Part shown: positions 47,300-60,860 of the stretch, one piece after another | How positions within the stretch are numbered: the stretch's first letter is position 1 | Layout of the letters: the number at the start of each line of letters is the position of its first letter | DNA from: Octopus sinensis | Lineage: Eukaryota | NCBI RefSeq assembly: GCF_006345805.1 | Contig: NC_042997.1 | Location: 15,190,001 to 15,254,000, forward strand | Direction: 5' to 3' | Length of the DNA: 64,000 nucleotides | The notes under the pieces: generated by a model | Databases searched by the model: none | What the model was told of the DNA's origin: nothing | Seen by the model: the letters and a program-made list of their open reading frames with translations, nothing else | Translations under genes and position numbers: made by a program

Positions 47300-47750
47300 C
47301 ATGGCTGCCACTAATATGAAATGTTGGTCTGGAGAGATTGTAGAGATGCTAGAACAGAGGGGAGTAGATGTGTGCTGTAATAAATCAAGCTGGAGAGGGA
47401 ACCTCAGCCAGATTACTCCTAAGTAAAATGAGTAGAAATTCTTCTGTTTGAGAAACATTACTGGGATGGAAGGAGTAAGGTATGTTGTTGGCAGAGAAAT
47501 GGCTATTGAAGCAGTCACAAAATGTGACAATAGCTGAGCTTAGATAAATCACGGACAACACAAAAACACAGTTATCTCTGAATATGCATCACAATCATGA
47601 CTGACTGATGAGCTAAAAAACTGTTTTAATGAAACTCACAGACTATATTGATAGCAAATGTCAACAACCTCATTATCTTGACATGTTGAGTAAACCATAT
47701 TGGCTACTCCAGCAAACATACATGGAGTGAAGAATGAGGAAAGAATCAAG
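47300..47750 (+). mobile_element. Decayed RTE APE-domain remnant
   Basis: SGEIVEMLEQR.VDVCC...WRG...GVGMLLAEKW-like interrupted translation; an RT-like patch (QSCELPPMLLALLL) follows at about 48360-48450. Confidence 0.55.
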
Positions 47751-48599
47751 ACTCGAGGAGTTTGTGATGTAACTGAGTTAAGTATTTTTACGACAAACTT
47801 CAGGAAATCAGCCAGACACCTGATTACCTGGCAATTAGATGAAACCTCAGAGAATTCATACTCACCAGAAAATAGGATAAGTAACTGGTTGTGAAAATTT
47901 AGTCCTTCCTTCCTATGTGACTATCTAGGGATCAGTGATCTCAAAAATAAGATCCATAAAAACTCAGAAACACAAGGCAATCTGGACAAGGAAGGTATAG
48001 AAACCAGACGAAGCTCAAAAGTCAATGCATATGACAAGAAGTGGATGGAGAAAAAGAGAGACTTTTAACACAAAAGACAATGAGGAGATTCTGTGAAACA
48101 TTCTGCAACAAGCAATAGACCAGATCTTTCATTGGAGCAATGTGCTGGCCAGATGAAGGGCGATATGGTAGTGGAACAGTACTGTAAATAGAGCTTGTCT
48201 GGACACCCATATCTTTCAAGCATTTTCTATAAGCCCTCTCATCCCATACTGTTGAAAGCTTTTTGTAAAGCCAAATAATACTATCACAAATTTGTAGATT
48301 CCATAAGATTACGTCTGCTATGATCTCCCTTAGGAATGGCAGCTTATCCTTTTTTCCTGTTTACTATGGAATAAAGCAGAGCTGTGAACTCCCTCCAATG
48401 CTACTTGCATTACTTCTGAATGCTGCATTTGGAAAATGGCAAGAGAGCTCATGGGTGGAGTGTGTAACTCAAGAATGAAGTATACTCCAAAATTGACAGA
48501 TGATTTCTCTTGAGTAACTTTAACTTGTTTAAATATAAAATGGCCCGAATGCAACATACTCGCAGCCATGGGTTTGCTTTCTTTAGCTGAAGCCATCTA

Positions 48600-49820
48600 G
48601 TAGCTTTGGTGATGGAACATATGACCCACCATTCCCTGCTGCATCAATGACTCCAGGCCCAGTTACAGCTTTACAAAATGATATTCCCCCAGCCCACTTT
48701 AATTAGTTTCTTGAAAGTTTGCTTGCCTAGTCTTCTGCATTACCCTACTGGCTCTAGGTATTGGGCAAGTTTTCTCTCGTGAGCCACCTGCATGTGTTTT
48801 TCCCAAGATACAGCCAATTCCCAGATGATTACCTGCTTGGTGGAATTTGAGAAGATGGTTATATCTGGTGGTTTGATGTTGATATGATGTGCTTCAGGAA
48901 CAGACCCACTCTCAGCTATCAGCTGTGGAAGGTAGACATTGTTGTTGATATTTTAGTTAACAGAGTTTATTTTTTCCAGCTTTGAGAAAAATTATGATTT
49001 TTTTCTCATGGGATGGTTTTTACTGGACTGAATGGGTGGCATGACCATCTCAACAACCTCCTTCAGTACCTTGCTATTTCACCAGCAGTAGCAGCCGTTC
49101 AAGAATTTGGACCTGGAGATCTCCATTTCCAGCAACTTCGAGGGCCACCGCCCAGTGGTGTCGGGCGTCAACGAAGAGCCCTTGACTACAACAAGAGGAC
49201 CAAAGTTTTTTTTTCTCCAAGGTCGGGTCTCCCGCCCCTAAGCCCTAGACCATCACCCTTACCCGTCCTATTGCTTAATAACAACAACAACCAGCAGTAG
49301 CAGCCCATTAGCTAAGGTTTTGAGCAGCTGCTGCTGAGATGTTCAAGGTAACTCTCTTTCAGCACTCAGGGAATAGGAGCACACTGCCCGAAGTGTGACA
49401 GTTAAAGAGACAAGGCAAGGTATCATAGACAACCTGGATCAATTCACCAGAGATTTAACCAAATGAAGTTCTGTTGCTGTATGTTGACCCACTTTGCCCA
49501 AGGTTTTTGCTGGCTAAGTCATGCTAACCTGCTAGCCATGTTTTCTTTACATTTACATGAACTTTTTGGAAGAGATAGTTCTTTTATTTGGCATTACCAA
49601 TCTGGCCAGCTGCAAAGTAGCTAAACCTGAATGCCTTATTGCCATGTTCCCAACAAGAGCCTCCAGCCTCAGCTGCTTCTCTACCACCAACACTTCTCTG
49701 GCAGCGTTTTGCTTTCTACTGGAACAAACTTCAATATCAATTGCTGCAACTTTAGTATTCCTGGAATTCTTGGACTGCATGGCTTTTCTTCTTTGTGATA
49801 TCTCAAGTTCTTCCAAGTGG
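48600..49820 (-). mobile_element. Decayed HERO/NeSL-like (RLE-type) non-LTR element, C-terminal region
   Basis: NTKVAAIDIEVCSSRKQNAAREV...LEALVGNMAIRHSGL, then LEHLSSSCSKTL, then KPPDITIFSNSTKQVIIWELAVSWEKHMQVAHERKLAQY (PD..E/K restriction-like endonuclease). Confidence 0.72.
49097..49289 (+). mobile_element. 193-bp GC-rich retroposed insert with an (AAC)n tail and a 16-bp TSD
   Basis: TSD accagcagtagcagcc at 49081-49096 and 49290-49305; it interrupts the HERO-like remnant. Confidence 0.85.
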
Positions 49821-50079
49821 CTGCAGAAGGGGAACCATAATTTTTACATAGATCCATACAGAGCAAAACTGCTAAAACTTCTTGGTGAACCATCCAACTT
49901 TCACAAATAGCTACTGTTCTTTTTTCCAAGCCTTCCACAGCTGGCATACATACTGACATTATATAGTAACAGAGTGTATAAAATGCAGGGCAGGATAGCA
50001 CAGTAGTAAATACAAAACTTGAAGTAACCAGATAACTTAAACTTGTCAAACTTTGCAAACCAGGTGTCAATGTTTTTGC

Positions 50080-50505
50080 TAGTTTTGGTTGTGTGATTAA
50101 GAAGTTTGCAATCACATGGTTTTGTGTTCAGTTCCAATGTGTGGCACCTTGGACAACCATCTTCTCATACAGCCCAGAGCTAATCAAAGCCTTGTGAATA
50201 GATTTGGTAAATGAAACTGAAAGAAGCTTGTTGTATATGTGTGTGTGTGTGTGTGTGTGTGCATGTGCGCGTGCATGTATGTGTGTGTGTGTGTGCTTCC
50301 TTGTCATGACACTGTGTAATTACTGTAAATGAATGCCATACATTTCCAGTATTCTGCTAAAACATGTCTGGCCATGGGGAAATATTGCCTGAAAACAGGT
50401 ATGGGTTGGTGACAGGAAGAGTATCCAGTTGTAGAAAATTTGCCTCAGTAAACTCATGCAAACCAGGCAAGCATGGAACAATGGATGTTAAAATGATGAT
50501 GATAT
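50080..50505 (+). mobile_element. SINE family E (A-like head + RTE-UTR-like tail)
   Basis: Same architecture as 27060-27490; ends gcaagcatggaacaatggatgttaaaatgatgatga. Confidence 0.7.
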
Positions 50506-50528
50506 GTATGTATATAATATATGAATGA

Positions 50529-50835
50529 GGCACATGGCTCAGTGGTTAGAGCATCCTGCTTGTAAACATGAGGCTGTGAGTTTGATTCCCAGACTGGGCT
50601 GTGTGTTGTGTTCTTGAGTAAGACACTTTATTTTACGTTGCTCCAGTTCACTCAGCTGGTGCCAAATTGTATCAGCCTTTGCCTTTCCCTTTGATAACTT
50701 CGGTATTGTCGAGAGGAGAGATCGGTATGCATGAGTGACTGCTAGTCTTCTATAAACAACCTTGCCTGGACTTGTGCCTCGAAGGGTAACTTCCTAGGTG
50801 CAATCTCATAGTTACTTATGACCAAAGGGGGTCTT
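50529..50835 (+). mobile_element. SINE family D
   Basis: Colinear with 187-516; followed by a decayed RTE RT patch at about 50850-51260. Confidence 0.8.
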
Positions 50836-51652
50836 TAACCTAATATATGGATGACAAGCAGTTTGACATAGAAGAGGTATAACTGATTCTGCATTCCTTA
50901 TGAGAGAACTGCAAAAGGTATATATGGTTAGGATTAAGTCCTTATACCTAGCATTTGTCAATCTAGAGGCCTTTGACAGAGTGCCTTATACTGTGATTTG
51001 GTGGTTCCTAAGGAAACTAGGAGTAGCTGAATGGTTTGTACTAAGAAGCAGTTAGCAGAGTCGGAAACAGCAGTGTGTTCAGTGACGAACTTAGTGTATA
51101 GAAGGGCTCAGTTCCTAGCTCCTGCTGTTTATCATAGTCTTTCAAGCCATAATAGTGGAATTTAAGACCAGCTACCCTTGGGAAATGCTTTATACTTATG
51201 GCTTAGATCTTATAGCAGAATCTGTAGAAGAACTGAAGGTGAAATTCAAGATATTAAAGCAAAATCTAGAGTTGAACAACAGTAACCCTTCAGTCATTCA
51301 TTCAGTTTATGTTCACTCTGTATGCTGGCATGGGTTAGATGGTCTGACTGGAGCTGACGAGACAGAGCGCTGCACCAGGTTCCAGCCCGATTTGGTATGG
51401 TTTCTACAGCTGGATACCTTTCCTAATGCCAACCACTCCAGGAGTGTAATGAGTGTTTTTACATGCCACTGGCACGAGTGCCATTTACATGACACCAGCA
51501 ATAACTATGATTCACAAGTAGGTGCCATTTACATGGTACTGGCAGTGACCCTGATGATTCACAGGTACCATTTGCATGGTACTGGCAATAACTAGTGTTC
51601 ATATTATTCTGTCAAATGCAATGCTTATTATTTTCACATTGTTTAGAATTAA

Positions 51653-51874
51653 CCCTTTTGATACCAACCCGCATGAAACCACCTCTGGCTCTGTAGTACA
51701 AATGTCTTGTTTTCAAAAGTTCTGAATTAAAATTTTCCACCAAACCTTAGTCACAATTTATGTTCTTAACATTAGCTTAATGATAACTAAGTTATTTTAC
51801 TAAATTCTTTGTTATATTTAAAATTAATTGAAAGAAACACAGAGCATCTCAACAGAAATATGGTAACAAAAGGG
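51653..51874. mobile_element. piggyBac-like MITE, family 2 (222 bp), nested at a TTAA inside a family-1 MITE (about 51600-52035)
   Basis: TTAA(51649-51652)-CCCTTTTG...CAAAAGGG-TTAA(51875-51878); the flanks rejoin into the family-1 sequence. A partial family-2 copy starts at about 32150. Confidence 0.85.
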
Positions 51875-52802
51875 TTAATAATGTGTTATCTTGTAACCTC
51901 AAGAATTCAATGATGTGACTGTATATTTTAGAATGACATTGTAAAGTAGGTGTTAGAGGCTGGATCTGGCCAGTTTAAACCTAAAACAGGTAGAATATTT
52001 TGGCCAGATATAACTAGTTGAAATACTAATGGGTAAAAGTAAACTTAGTAAAAACAAAAGTTTTAGTAGGTAAGAAATAACCATGCTCCATTTACAGAGA
52101 AGCTACTGGGAGAAATTCCATGTGTTCAGTGTAAACAATGGACACACAAGAGATACAGTGGAATAAAAAGCAGGTTAGCAGAGAAAATAAATTCCATGTG
52201 TAGCAGAAGCACTGGGGTAATAAGCACTAAGAGTACATGGAAAATTGATATTCTCAAATGCCTAACCAGCTCCCTAGATGTAGTGCATAGCTTTTGTTAG
52301 CTAGGTCATCAAATTAGCTAGTGTTGGGGGTGTTCTGAAAGTGTAATAATTAGAATAAGATTTGGTTAGAAAAATTTAATGAGCTTTTAGCTCTATTGAC
52401 AACTGAGGGCTTCTCCCTCAAGGTCAAGGACAGATTGCCTGATGTTTGTGTGAGAAGGGCACTGCTGTAGGGCAGAGAGATGTGGCCCTTAAATGCTGAA
52501 GACCTGTGAAAAACTAGAGAAAAATTAGGTGAACATGCTTCTCTGGGTGTGCCATGAATGTCAAAGTATAAATGAACTGAGAGGCAAACAAAAGGAATCA
52601 GATGTAGCCTGAAAGAGAATCGGTTGTGATGATATAGACACATGATATAGGTGGAGGATAACAGTATATACAAGTGGCAAACCCACAAAGTGAATGGTAC
52701 ATGTGAAAAAAAGGAGATCAAGGAAGATATGGGATGATGTGGTGAAAAGTTATCTCAAGATGTTACATCAGATGAAGGTGATGACAAAAGAGCCATATTG
52801 AT

Positions 52803-53021
52803 TTACTCTCTTTTCTCTTTTACTTGTTTCAGTCATTTGACTGCGGCCATGCTGGAGCACCGCCTTTAGTCGAGCAAATCGACCCCGGGACTTATTCTTT
52901 GTAAGCCCAGTACTTATTCTATCGGTCTCTTTTGCCGAACCGCTAAGTGACGGGGACGTAAACACACCAACATCGGTTGTCAAGCAATGCTAGGGGGACA
53001 AACAAAGACACACAAACACAT

Positions 53022-53062
<41 letters not shown>

Positions 53063-53227
53063 TACGACAGGCTTCTTTCAGTTTCCATCTACCAAATCCA
53101 TTCACAAGGCATTGGTCGGACCGGGGCTATAGCAGAAGACATTTGCCCAAGATGCCACACAGTGGGACTGAACCCGGAACCATGTGGTTGGTTAGCAAGC
53201 TACTTACCACACAGCCACTCCTGCGCC
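52803..53227 (-). mobile_element. SINE family A
   Basis: Reverse complement of the consensus. Confidence 0.92.
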
Positions 53228-53427
53228 TATGTTGCTGACCTCTCATGGTGATACATGTTGCTGACCTCTCATGTAAACTTGACAAAATGTTCAAAATTGA
53301 ATGATAGTGCATGCAATGCCCCTTACTTGTTGCACAGTGCATGTGGTCTCCCCTAACCCCTGACTACTGCCTACTGTATACCAACACATCCATGCCATCT
53401 AACCTTCTATCAGCTATATTTATTCCA

Positions 53428-53652
53428 TACCTATTTCTTTATTACCCACAAGGGGCTAAACATAGAGGGGACAAACATGGACAGACATAGGTATTAAGTC
53501 GATTATATCGACCCCAGTGCTTAACTGGTACTTAATTTATCGACCCCGAAAGGATGAAAGGCAAAGTCGACCTCAGCGGAATTTGAACTCACAACATAAC
53601 GACAGATGAAATACGGCTACGCATTTCGCCCGGCGTGCTAACGTTTCTGCCA
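53428..53652 (-). mobile_element. SINE family C
   Basis: Colinear with 26017-26245. Confidence 0.88.
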
Positions 53653-53879
53653 TCTCTTCTTCTACTCACTATAGTATGCCATCCATTATTATACTTCATT
53701 TGTACATATTGAATATCTTTCACATAATACATCCTGCTATCCCTCTTTCCTCTATTCATGTGGAAGAGCGTTGCATCTCTTCCTAATCAACCAGTCCAAC
53801 TATACTATCATTGACACTACTTTTTTTCCATTCCATCCTAAAAACCTCATCCCTAACAGGCTCTGTTAGTCTCTCCATT

Positions 53880-54250
53880 ATCATCATGGTTAACGTCCGC
53901 TTTCAATGCTAGCATGGGTTGGACGATTTGACTGAGGGCTGGCGAACCAGATGGCTGCACCAGGCTTCAATCTTGATCTGGCAGAGTTTCTACAGCTGGA
54001 TGTCCTTCCTAACGCCAACCACTCCGAGAGTGTAGTGGGTGCTTTTACGTGCCACCGGCACGGGGCCAGTCATGCGGTACTGGCAATGACCTCGCTCGAA
54101 TCTTTTACACATGCCACCGGCACAGGTGCCAGTAAGGCGATGCTGGTAACGATCATGGTTGAATGGTGTCTTTTACGTGCCACCGGTACGGAGGCCAGAT
54201 AGCAGCTCTGGCAACGATCACGCTCGGATGGTGCTCTTATTAACCCTACT
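53880..54250 (-). mobile_element. RTE LINE 3'-UTR copy with several internal units
   Basis: Same variant subfamily as 24595-25057. Confidence 0.85.
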
Positions 54251-54984
54251 AGCACGCCATGCCATATGTATTCCCTGTTGGACAGGACACTGGTCCATCA
54301 CAGGAATTATTTAATTTTACCAGCTGAGAGGACTCGAGCAATGTGAACTGAAGTGTTTTGCTCAAGAACACAACACATTACCAGGTCCAGGAATCAAAAC
54401 CACAATCTTACAATCAGGAGACCCATACCCTAACCACTAAGCCATGTACCTCCACACACACACACACACACATAAACATACAAACATATACACATACACA
54501 CACACACCAGTGTGTGAGTTTGTGTCATCATCATCATCATCATTTAACGTTCATTGTTCATACTGACATGGGTTAGTTGATAATTAACATAAACAAAAAT
54601 ATATATATATATTATTGTTTTAAACATCCAGATTTCTATGCTTGCATAGGTTGGATAGAGCTTACTGAGGAAGATTTTCTATGGCCAGATACCTTTACTG
54701 CCTTTCCAAGCGAAGTAATAATTTTCCTGGACCAAATGTGTTTTCTCAGAATATCAGAAACGAATGGCACTGCTTGTAATGGCAGTGTTACTCATTCATA
54801 ACAATCACATGATGTCAATACAAGGAGATACTGAAAGTGGCATAAATGTGTGACAAACGCACAATGGATCTTTTCAGTTTCTGCCTACCAAATCTATTCC
54901 TTGTGCATAAAGTCACATACAGTGGGACTGAAACCCAAACCCACTGTGGTTGAGAAGCAAATTTCTGGACTATATAGGCACACT

Positions 54985-55002
54985 TGTGTGTATTATATAT
55001 AT

Positions 55003-55033
<31 letters not shown>

Positions 55034-55203
55034 CTGTATGTGTATATATATGTATGTATATATATATTATATATATATATATAATATATATATATATATA
55101 TGTAGTATATATATATATTGTATATATATATATTATATATGTATAATATATATGTATATATATATGTATGTATATATATATATGTATGTATATATATATA
55201 TTG

Positions 55204-55252
<49 letters not shown>

Positions 55253-55357
55253 GTATATATATATTATTATATATATGTATATATATATATATGTATATAA
55301 TATATATATGTATATATATATATATGTATATATATATATGTATATATATATATATGT

Positions 55358-55398
<41 letters not shown>

Positions 55399-55592
55399 TG
55401 TATATATTGTATATATATGTATATATATATGTATGTATATATGTATGTATATATATGTAATATATATATGTATATATATGTATATATATATGTATGTTAT
55501 ATTATATATATGTAGTATATATATATATGTTATATATATATGTATATATATGTATATATATATATATGTATATATGTATATATATATGTATG

Positions 55593-55632
<40 letters not shown>

Positions 55633-55735
55633 TATTATATATATGTATATATATATATATATGTATATATGTATATATATGTATGTATATATATATAGTA
55701 TATATATATTATGTATATATAGATGTATATATATG

Positions 55736-55797
<62 letters not shown>
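54985..55797. repeat. ~810-bp compound (AT)n/(ATATGT)-type microsatellite array
   Basis: Almost continuous purine/pyrimidine alternation; source of the many YI-repeat ORFs. Confidence 0.97.
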
Positions 55798-55798
<1 letters not shown>

Positions 55799-56166
55799 AT
55801 TGGATTGCCTATGTCTAGTCCACTGCAAGACGAAGGCCACAGCAATGTTCTCTTCACCAGCCAGTCTGATGTGGAGGCTGTGAATTTGTGTTTGAAATTA
55901 TACTGGCTTGACAAACCTAGTTTGCCACACTGACTCGACATAGCTTAGCAGAGAGGTGCAATTTATATACTTATACCCAGGAGTGGTTAAGGTGATTACA
56001 TCAACCCCAGTGTTCAACTGGTACTATTTTATTGACCGTAAAAGGACGAAAGGCAAAGCTGACCTCAGTGGAATTTGAACTCAGAACATATAAGGATGGA
56101 TGAAATACCACTAAACATTTCACCTGGAATGCTAATGATTTCGCCAGCTTGCCTTATATATATATG

Positions 56167-56216
<50 letters not shown>

Positions 56217-56510
56217 TCACACACACGTGCGTGTGTATTTATTAGGAGTTAGTGTGAAGGAGAGTGGGGGGACAAAGTAAGTAAAATGGTAATGGGTGGG
56301 GTCGAGCAGGTGGACCCAGTGATGAAATGGGTCATATTCCATCTGCCATGCCAGCAGGAGTTGGGCAGTTTGTTTAGATACAAAATGGTTCTGACTGGAA
56401 TTACACAGGATTATTGAGAGTAGAATTTTGTATAAGAGAAGGGAGTAATAGAGGCAGAGTGAAATGTAATACACTTATTTATATACATGTACATAAGCTT
56501 TTATGTGTGG

Positions 56511-56549
<39 letters not shown>

Positions 56550-56857
56550 TATATATATATATATAAACACACACACACATATACACACATTTATATACTA
56601 TATATGTATGTTATATATGTGCATGTATTATATATAATATATATGTTTAATACATTCGTTATCAGGTTTACATCTATATACATATAAGCATAAGCATGCA
56701 TAAGCAGTTAAGAAGGTTACTTTGGAACCATATGTTTTCAGGTTCAATCCCACTGAGTGGTACCTTGAGGAAGTGTCATCTACTATAGCTCCAGGTCAAT
56801 GAAAGCCTCATGTATGAATTTGGTTAGACAGAAACAGAAAAGAAGCTACTGGTGTAA

Positions 56858-56926
<69 letters not shown>

Positions 56927-57793
56927 GTGTGTATGTGTGTGTGTGTGTGTGAGTGATTGTATCTCCTTGTTTTCACATTTCATGCTAATTGTAAACAAAC
57001 TTCAACATATATACAAGCAGTGGCATCTGTTTGTAATCTTCCACGAAAACTTCTGAACTGGGGCAAATCTTACCTTGCTCAGAAGCAGGTGAGTGCTGGA
57101 AACAAGAAAAGAATCTAATTGTATGAAAAAATGCCCGAGCATAATTTCATTTAACCCATGCGAGCAAGAAAAAGTATAGGTGTCAAAACGATGATGACTC
57201 TCTCTCTCTCAATGTATATATATATCTATATGTGTGTGGGTGTTTGTGTGTATGTATGATACATATATATATAGATTTCTATATGCATATAATAATACAT
57301 GTATACTGTTCAATTGTGCATTTTACATGTTTTCCCATGCTACCATGGGCCAGACAGATATATCATTGAGGTGATGTAGGCATGGGCATGGCTGTGTGGT
57401 TAGGGAGCTTGCTTCCTAGCTACATGGTTTCGGGTTCAGTCCCACTGCGTGGCACTTTGGGTAGGTGTCTTCCACTATAGCCCCGAGCCGACCGGAGCTT
57501 TGTGATTGAATTCGGAAAGGTGGAAGTTGCTGCCGTGTGTGTATGTGTGCGTTTAGCTGCTCAGTGCCTCTCCGAAAGAGAGAGAGAGAGAGAGGGGGGA
57601 TGCTGTTCCTGTCACAAACTATTACTTGTTTTCAAGAGATATCTAAATTAGTTTTTTTTTATTTTTCATAAAGATTGGATCACAATTTAATTACAAGAAA
57701 AGAAAGATAAAGGAATGAAAAAAGTTGGGGGGGTGGGGGGGTTAAGCAGCAGAAGATGGATGATGGTGGGTAGTAAACCCCAGAACAAATTAC

Positions 57794-57811
57794 ATGTTCA
57801 GTCGCAGCACC
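57794..57811 (-). other. Candidate 18-nt micro-exon (GGTGCTGCGACTGAACAT)
   Basis: Acceptor tctgtatccgcAG and donor CAT|GTAATT, in a small unique CpG-containing island between repeats. Confidence 0.25.
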
Positions 57812-57935
57812 CTGCGGATACAGATTTTTTTTCAGAGGCGCAAAACCAGCAGACAGTTTGGTTAACATGGGAAATTATAAACATCAACAATAGTAGCCCA
57901 GTGAGTTTTGAAGAAGTGCAAATATAAGCACACAC

Positions 57936-57972
<37 letters not shown>

Positions 57973-58214
57973 AACATCCATGACGTCTTTCAGCTACCAG
58001 ATACCAAATCCACTGACACACAACTCTTTGGTTGACCAGATGACATTTGTTTGCTTAATGTGCTGTGCATTGGAACTGAACCCAAAACTATGTGGTTCTG
58101 AAGTAGACTTCTCAATCAAACCAAATAGCGATGCCTGTGGTTTTACTCCACCCCGACTCCAACATATACGTATGCATCTATGCACGGGCAAACACACACA
58201 TATAATGCATATAC

Positions 58215-58253
<39 letters not shown>

Positions 58254-58259
58254 TATGAA

Positions 58260-58395
<136 letters not shown>

Positions 58396-58985
58396 ATTTC
58401 GCCACATTTACATCAGCTTTCCATATTGGTATGAGCTGGACAATCAGAAAGGATCCAACAAGCAAAATATGTATTATAATCATCGTTCTTGACGTTTACC
58501 TTTCCATGCCTACATGGGTCAGGTGGGATTCTTGGAGGCAGATTTTCTATGCTCGGATGCCCTTCCTGTTGCCAGCCGTCACCTGTTTCCAAATAAGGCA
58601 ATATTTCCCCATGGGCAGACATGGTTTCGTGGAAGATTGGAAACAAGGTAAACCTTTTGTGTAGCGATGATACATGTTTATATCGATTGCGTGATGTCAC
58701 GACAAGAAGACGCAAAACATACAAATGCGACGGGGGTTCTTTCAGTTTCCATCTATCAAATTCACTCACAAGTCGGTGCGAGGCAATGGTGGAAAACACC
58801 TACCCAAGGTGCCACGCAGTGGGATCGAACCCGAATCCACGCGATTCGAATGTGAACGTCTTAACCATACAATATAAAATTTCCGAGAGAGGCAAGGGCT
58901 GGTAACAGGAAAGGCATCCGTCAGTAGAAAATCTGCCGCGAAGAATCCTGTCTGACGATTGCAAACATGGAAAAGTGGACGTAAC

Positions 58986-59024
<39 letters not shown>

Positions 59025-59091
59025 GAGAGAGAGAGAGAGAGAGATCAGGCTTGTTGCTCTCATATGCCTGTCTTGTTTTTGGGGGTGTATA

Positions 59092-59132
<41 letters not shown>

Positions 59133-59314
59133 TAGATTGATAGTGTATGAGTGTGTCTATTATACATATGTCTACTATATATTATACGTATATCATATGA
59201 ATATATGACACATATATACATACCGTATGTATATATACATATATTGCATGCACGTAATACACCCATACATTGTATGCATATTATACATTCATATACAGCA
59301 TGCATATGTGTGTG

Positions 59315-59354
<40 letters not shown>

Positions 59355-59504
59355 GTAAGTAATTAAGGGTTCAGCAACGATTTGCCTCACCACACACCGA
59401 ATTTAGAAATAGCAGTCAAAAAGTTTTGGCTATTCTTTCTACTTAAATTAATGAAATTAATGATTATTTCTAAATTAATTAATTGATTTCACCCTTCATT
59501 ATTG

Positions 59505-59536
<32 letters not shown>

Positions 59537-59971
59537 AACAATTCTACTTAAGAATGCGTGTGCGTATGATCACAGAATGTAATATTAGCTGCTTTGACAA
59601 CTATAGTGATTGTAAGATATATACATACTGAATTTAAAGTGATAAAATATTTAAACGAGAAAAGGTTACACAAAATTGATGACTATGTGAATATTATATA
59701 CAAGCGTCAAAAGTATATGTCAATCCCATACACACACACACACATACAAGTGACAGAGCGGGAGAGAGCGCGTGGGGTGGCTTTCGTCCCTGGTGTCATA
59801 TCAGACGAGGGAAGGAAAAAGTTACAATAGGCATGTAACGTAAAGCTTTGCTATATGCTACACGTCATCTCGGAGCAGACGGACAGCAGTTTGTAACTCC
59901 CGGAGAACATTCAGCCACGTGTAGAAACCTATAGTTAAGGAAGCTTTGAAAAACATCGACTCATCACACAT

Positions 59972-60018
<47 letters not shown>

Positions 60019-60739
60019 CCTACACACAATACATACACAGCTTGTAGAGGAATCCGGGGTTTATAAATTGTGGGCGGTTAGCGGGGATAAAGATCGTTAT
60101 ACAGAGTATTTAAGTTGGCGAACCAGATAAGTGTAAACATAGGAAATCTTTTTGCAAGTTAAAACAATATTTATAAGAGACCATATTCAAGCCAGAAAAT
60201 ATAAAAAATTCTCCGCCATTCCGATTAACGATCATTTAATCCCACCAGATCTAAATCACAGGATCGAAATACAATTTCGATGCAACATTATCGAAAAGAA
60301 ATAAAGAACTACAAGCAAACTACAAGCATCGCAGAGTCAGGGTGAGTGTGCTGAAGGGTTTTTGGCTTAGGAAATAGGGTTATATTGTTTCCGAAATTGC
60401 ATAGAATTTAAATGGGAGATGAAAAACAAGCGAGAAAATAAATAAGGGAATTTTCTTTTTTTTTTTAGTCAAGCCCCCTTAAGTTCCATAGTAATAATAG
60501 GCGCGGTAAGCATTATAGAGTAAGTGCGTTCATTCCGTCAGAATGAAAGATAGAGAGAAAGATAAATGTAATACGGTAAAAGGAAAAGCGGAAAAAAAAA
60601 AATCATTTATACGGATATTTTCATTTGTAATCGAAGTCAGGTAAGCTGAGGTGAAAATATATTCTACCTGCGGGAAATTCGACAAAAAGGAGAGACAAAG
60701 GTATCCAGTGGTCATTAGGTTCCATGTGTGTATATATCT

Positions 60740-60860
60740 CTGTGTGTCTCTATATGGCGTAGCTTCTCCGCCTCCGACCCACACAAGTGCACAAAATCCC
60801 CTGCGCATGCGGAATCAACCGAACCGACGTCATAAGATGACATTTGATTGGACAGTTATG
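60740..60860. promoter_or_regulatory. Housekeeping-type core promoter upstream of QTRT1, possibly bidirectional
   Basis: TGCGCATGCG (NRF1-type) at 60802-60811, GACGTCA (CRE-like) at 60826-60832, ATTGG (reverse CCAAT) at 60847-60851 and ATGGCG (YY1-like core) at 60754-60759. They cluster 200-300 bp upstream of the ATG in a region that visibly retains CpGs (about 59.4-62.3 kb). Confidence 0.65.

Noticed and set aside
54984-55941. YI/IY-repeat ORFs (up to 224 aa)
   Set aside because: Translations of the (AT)n array; the same applies to the ORFs at 4.3-4.7, 42.3, 58.2 and 59.0 kb.
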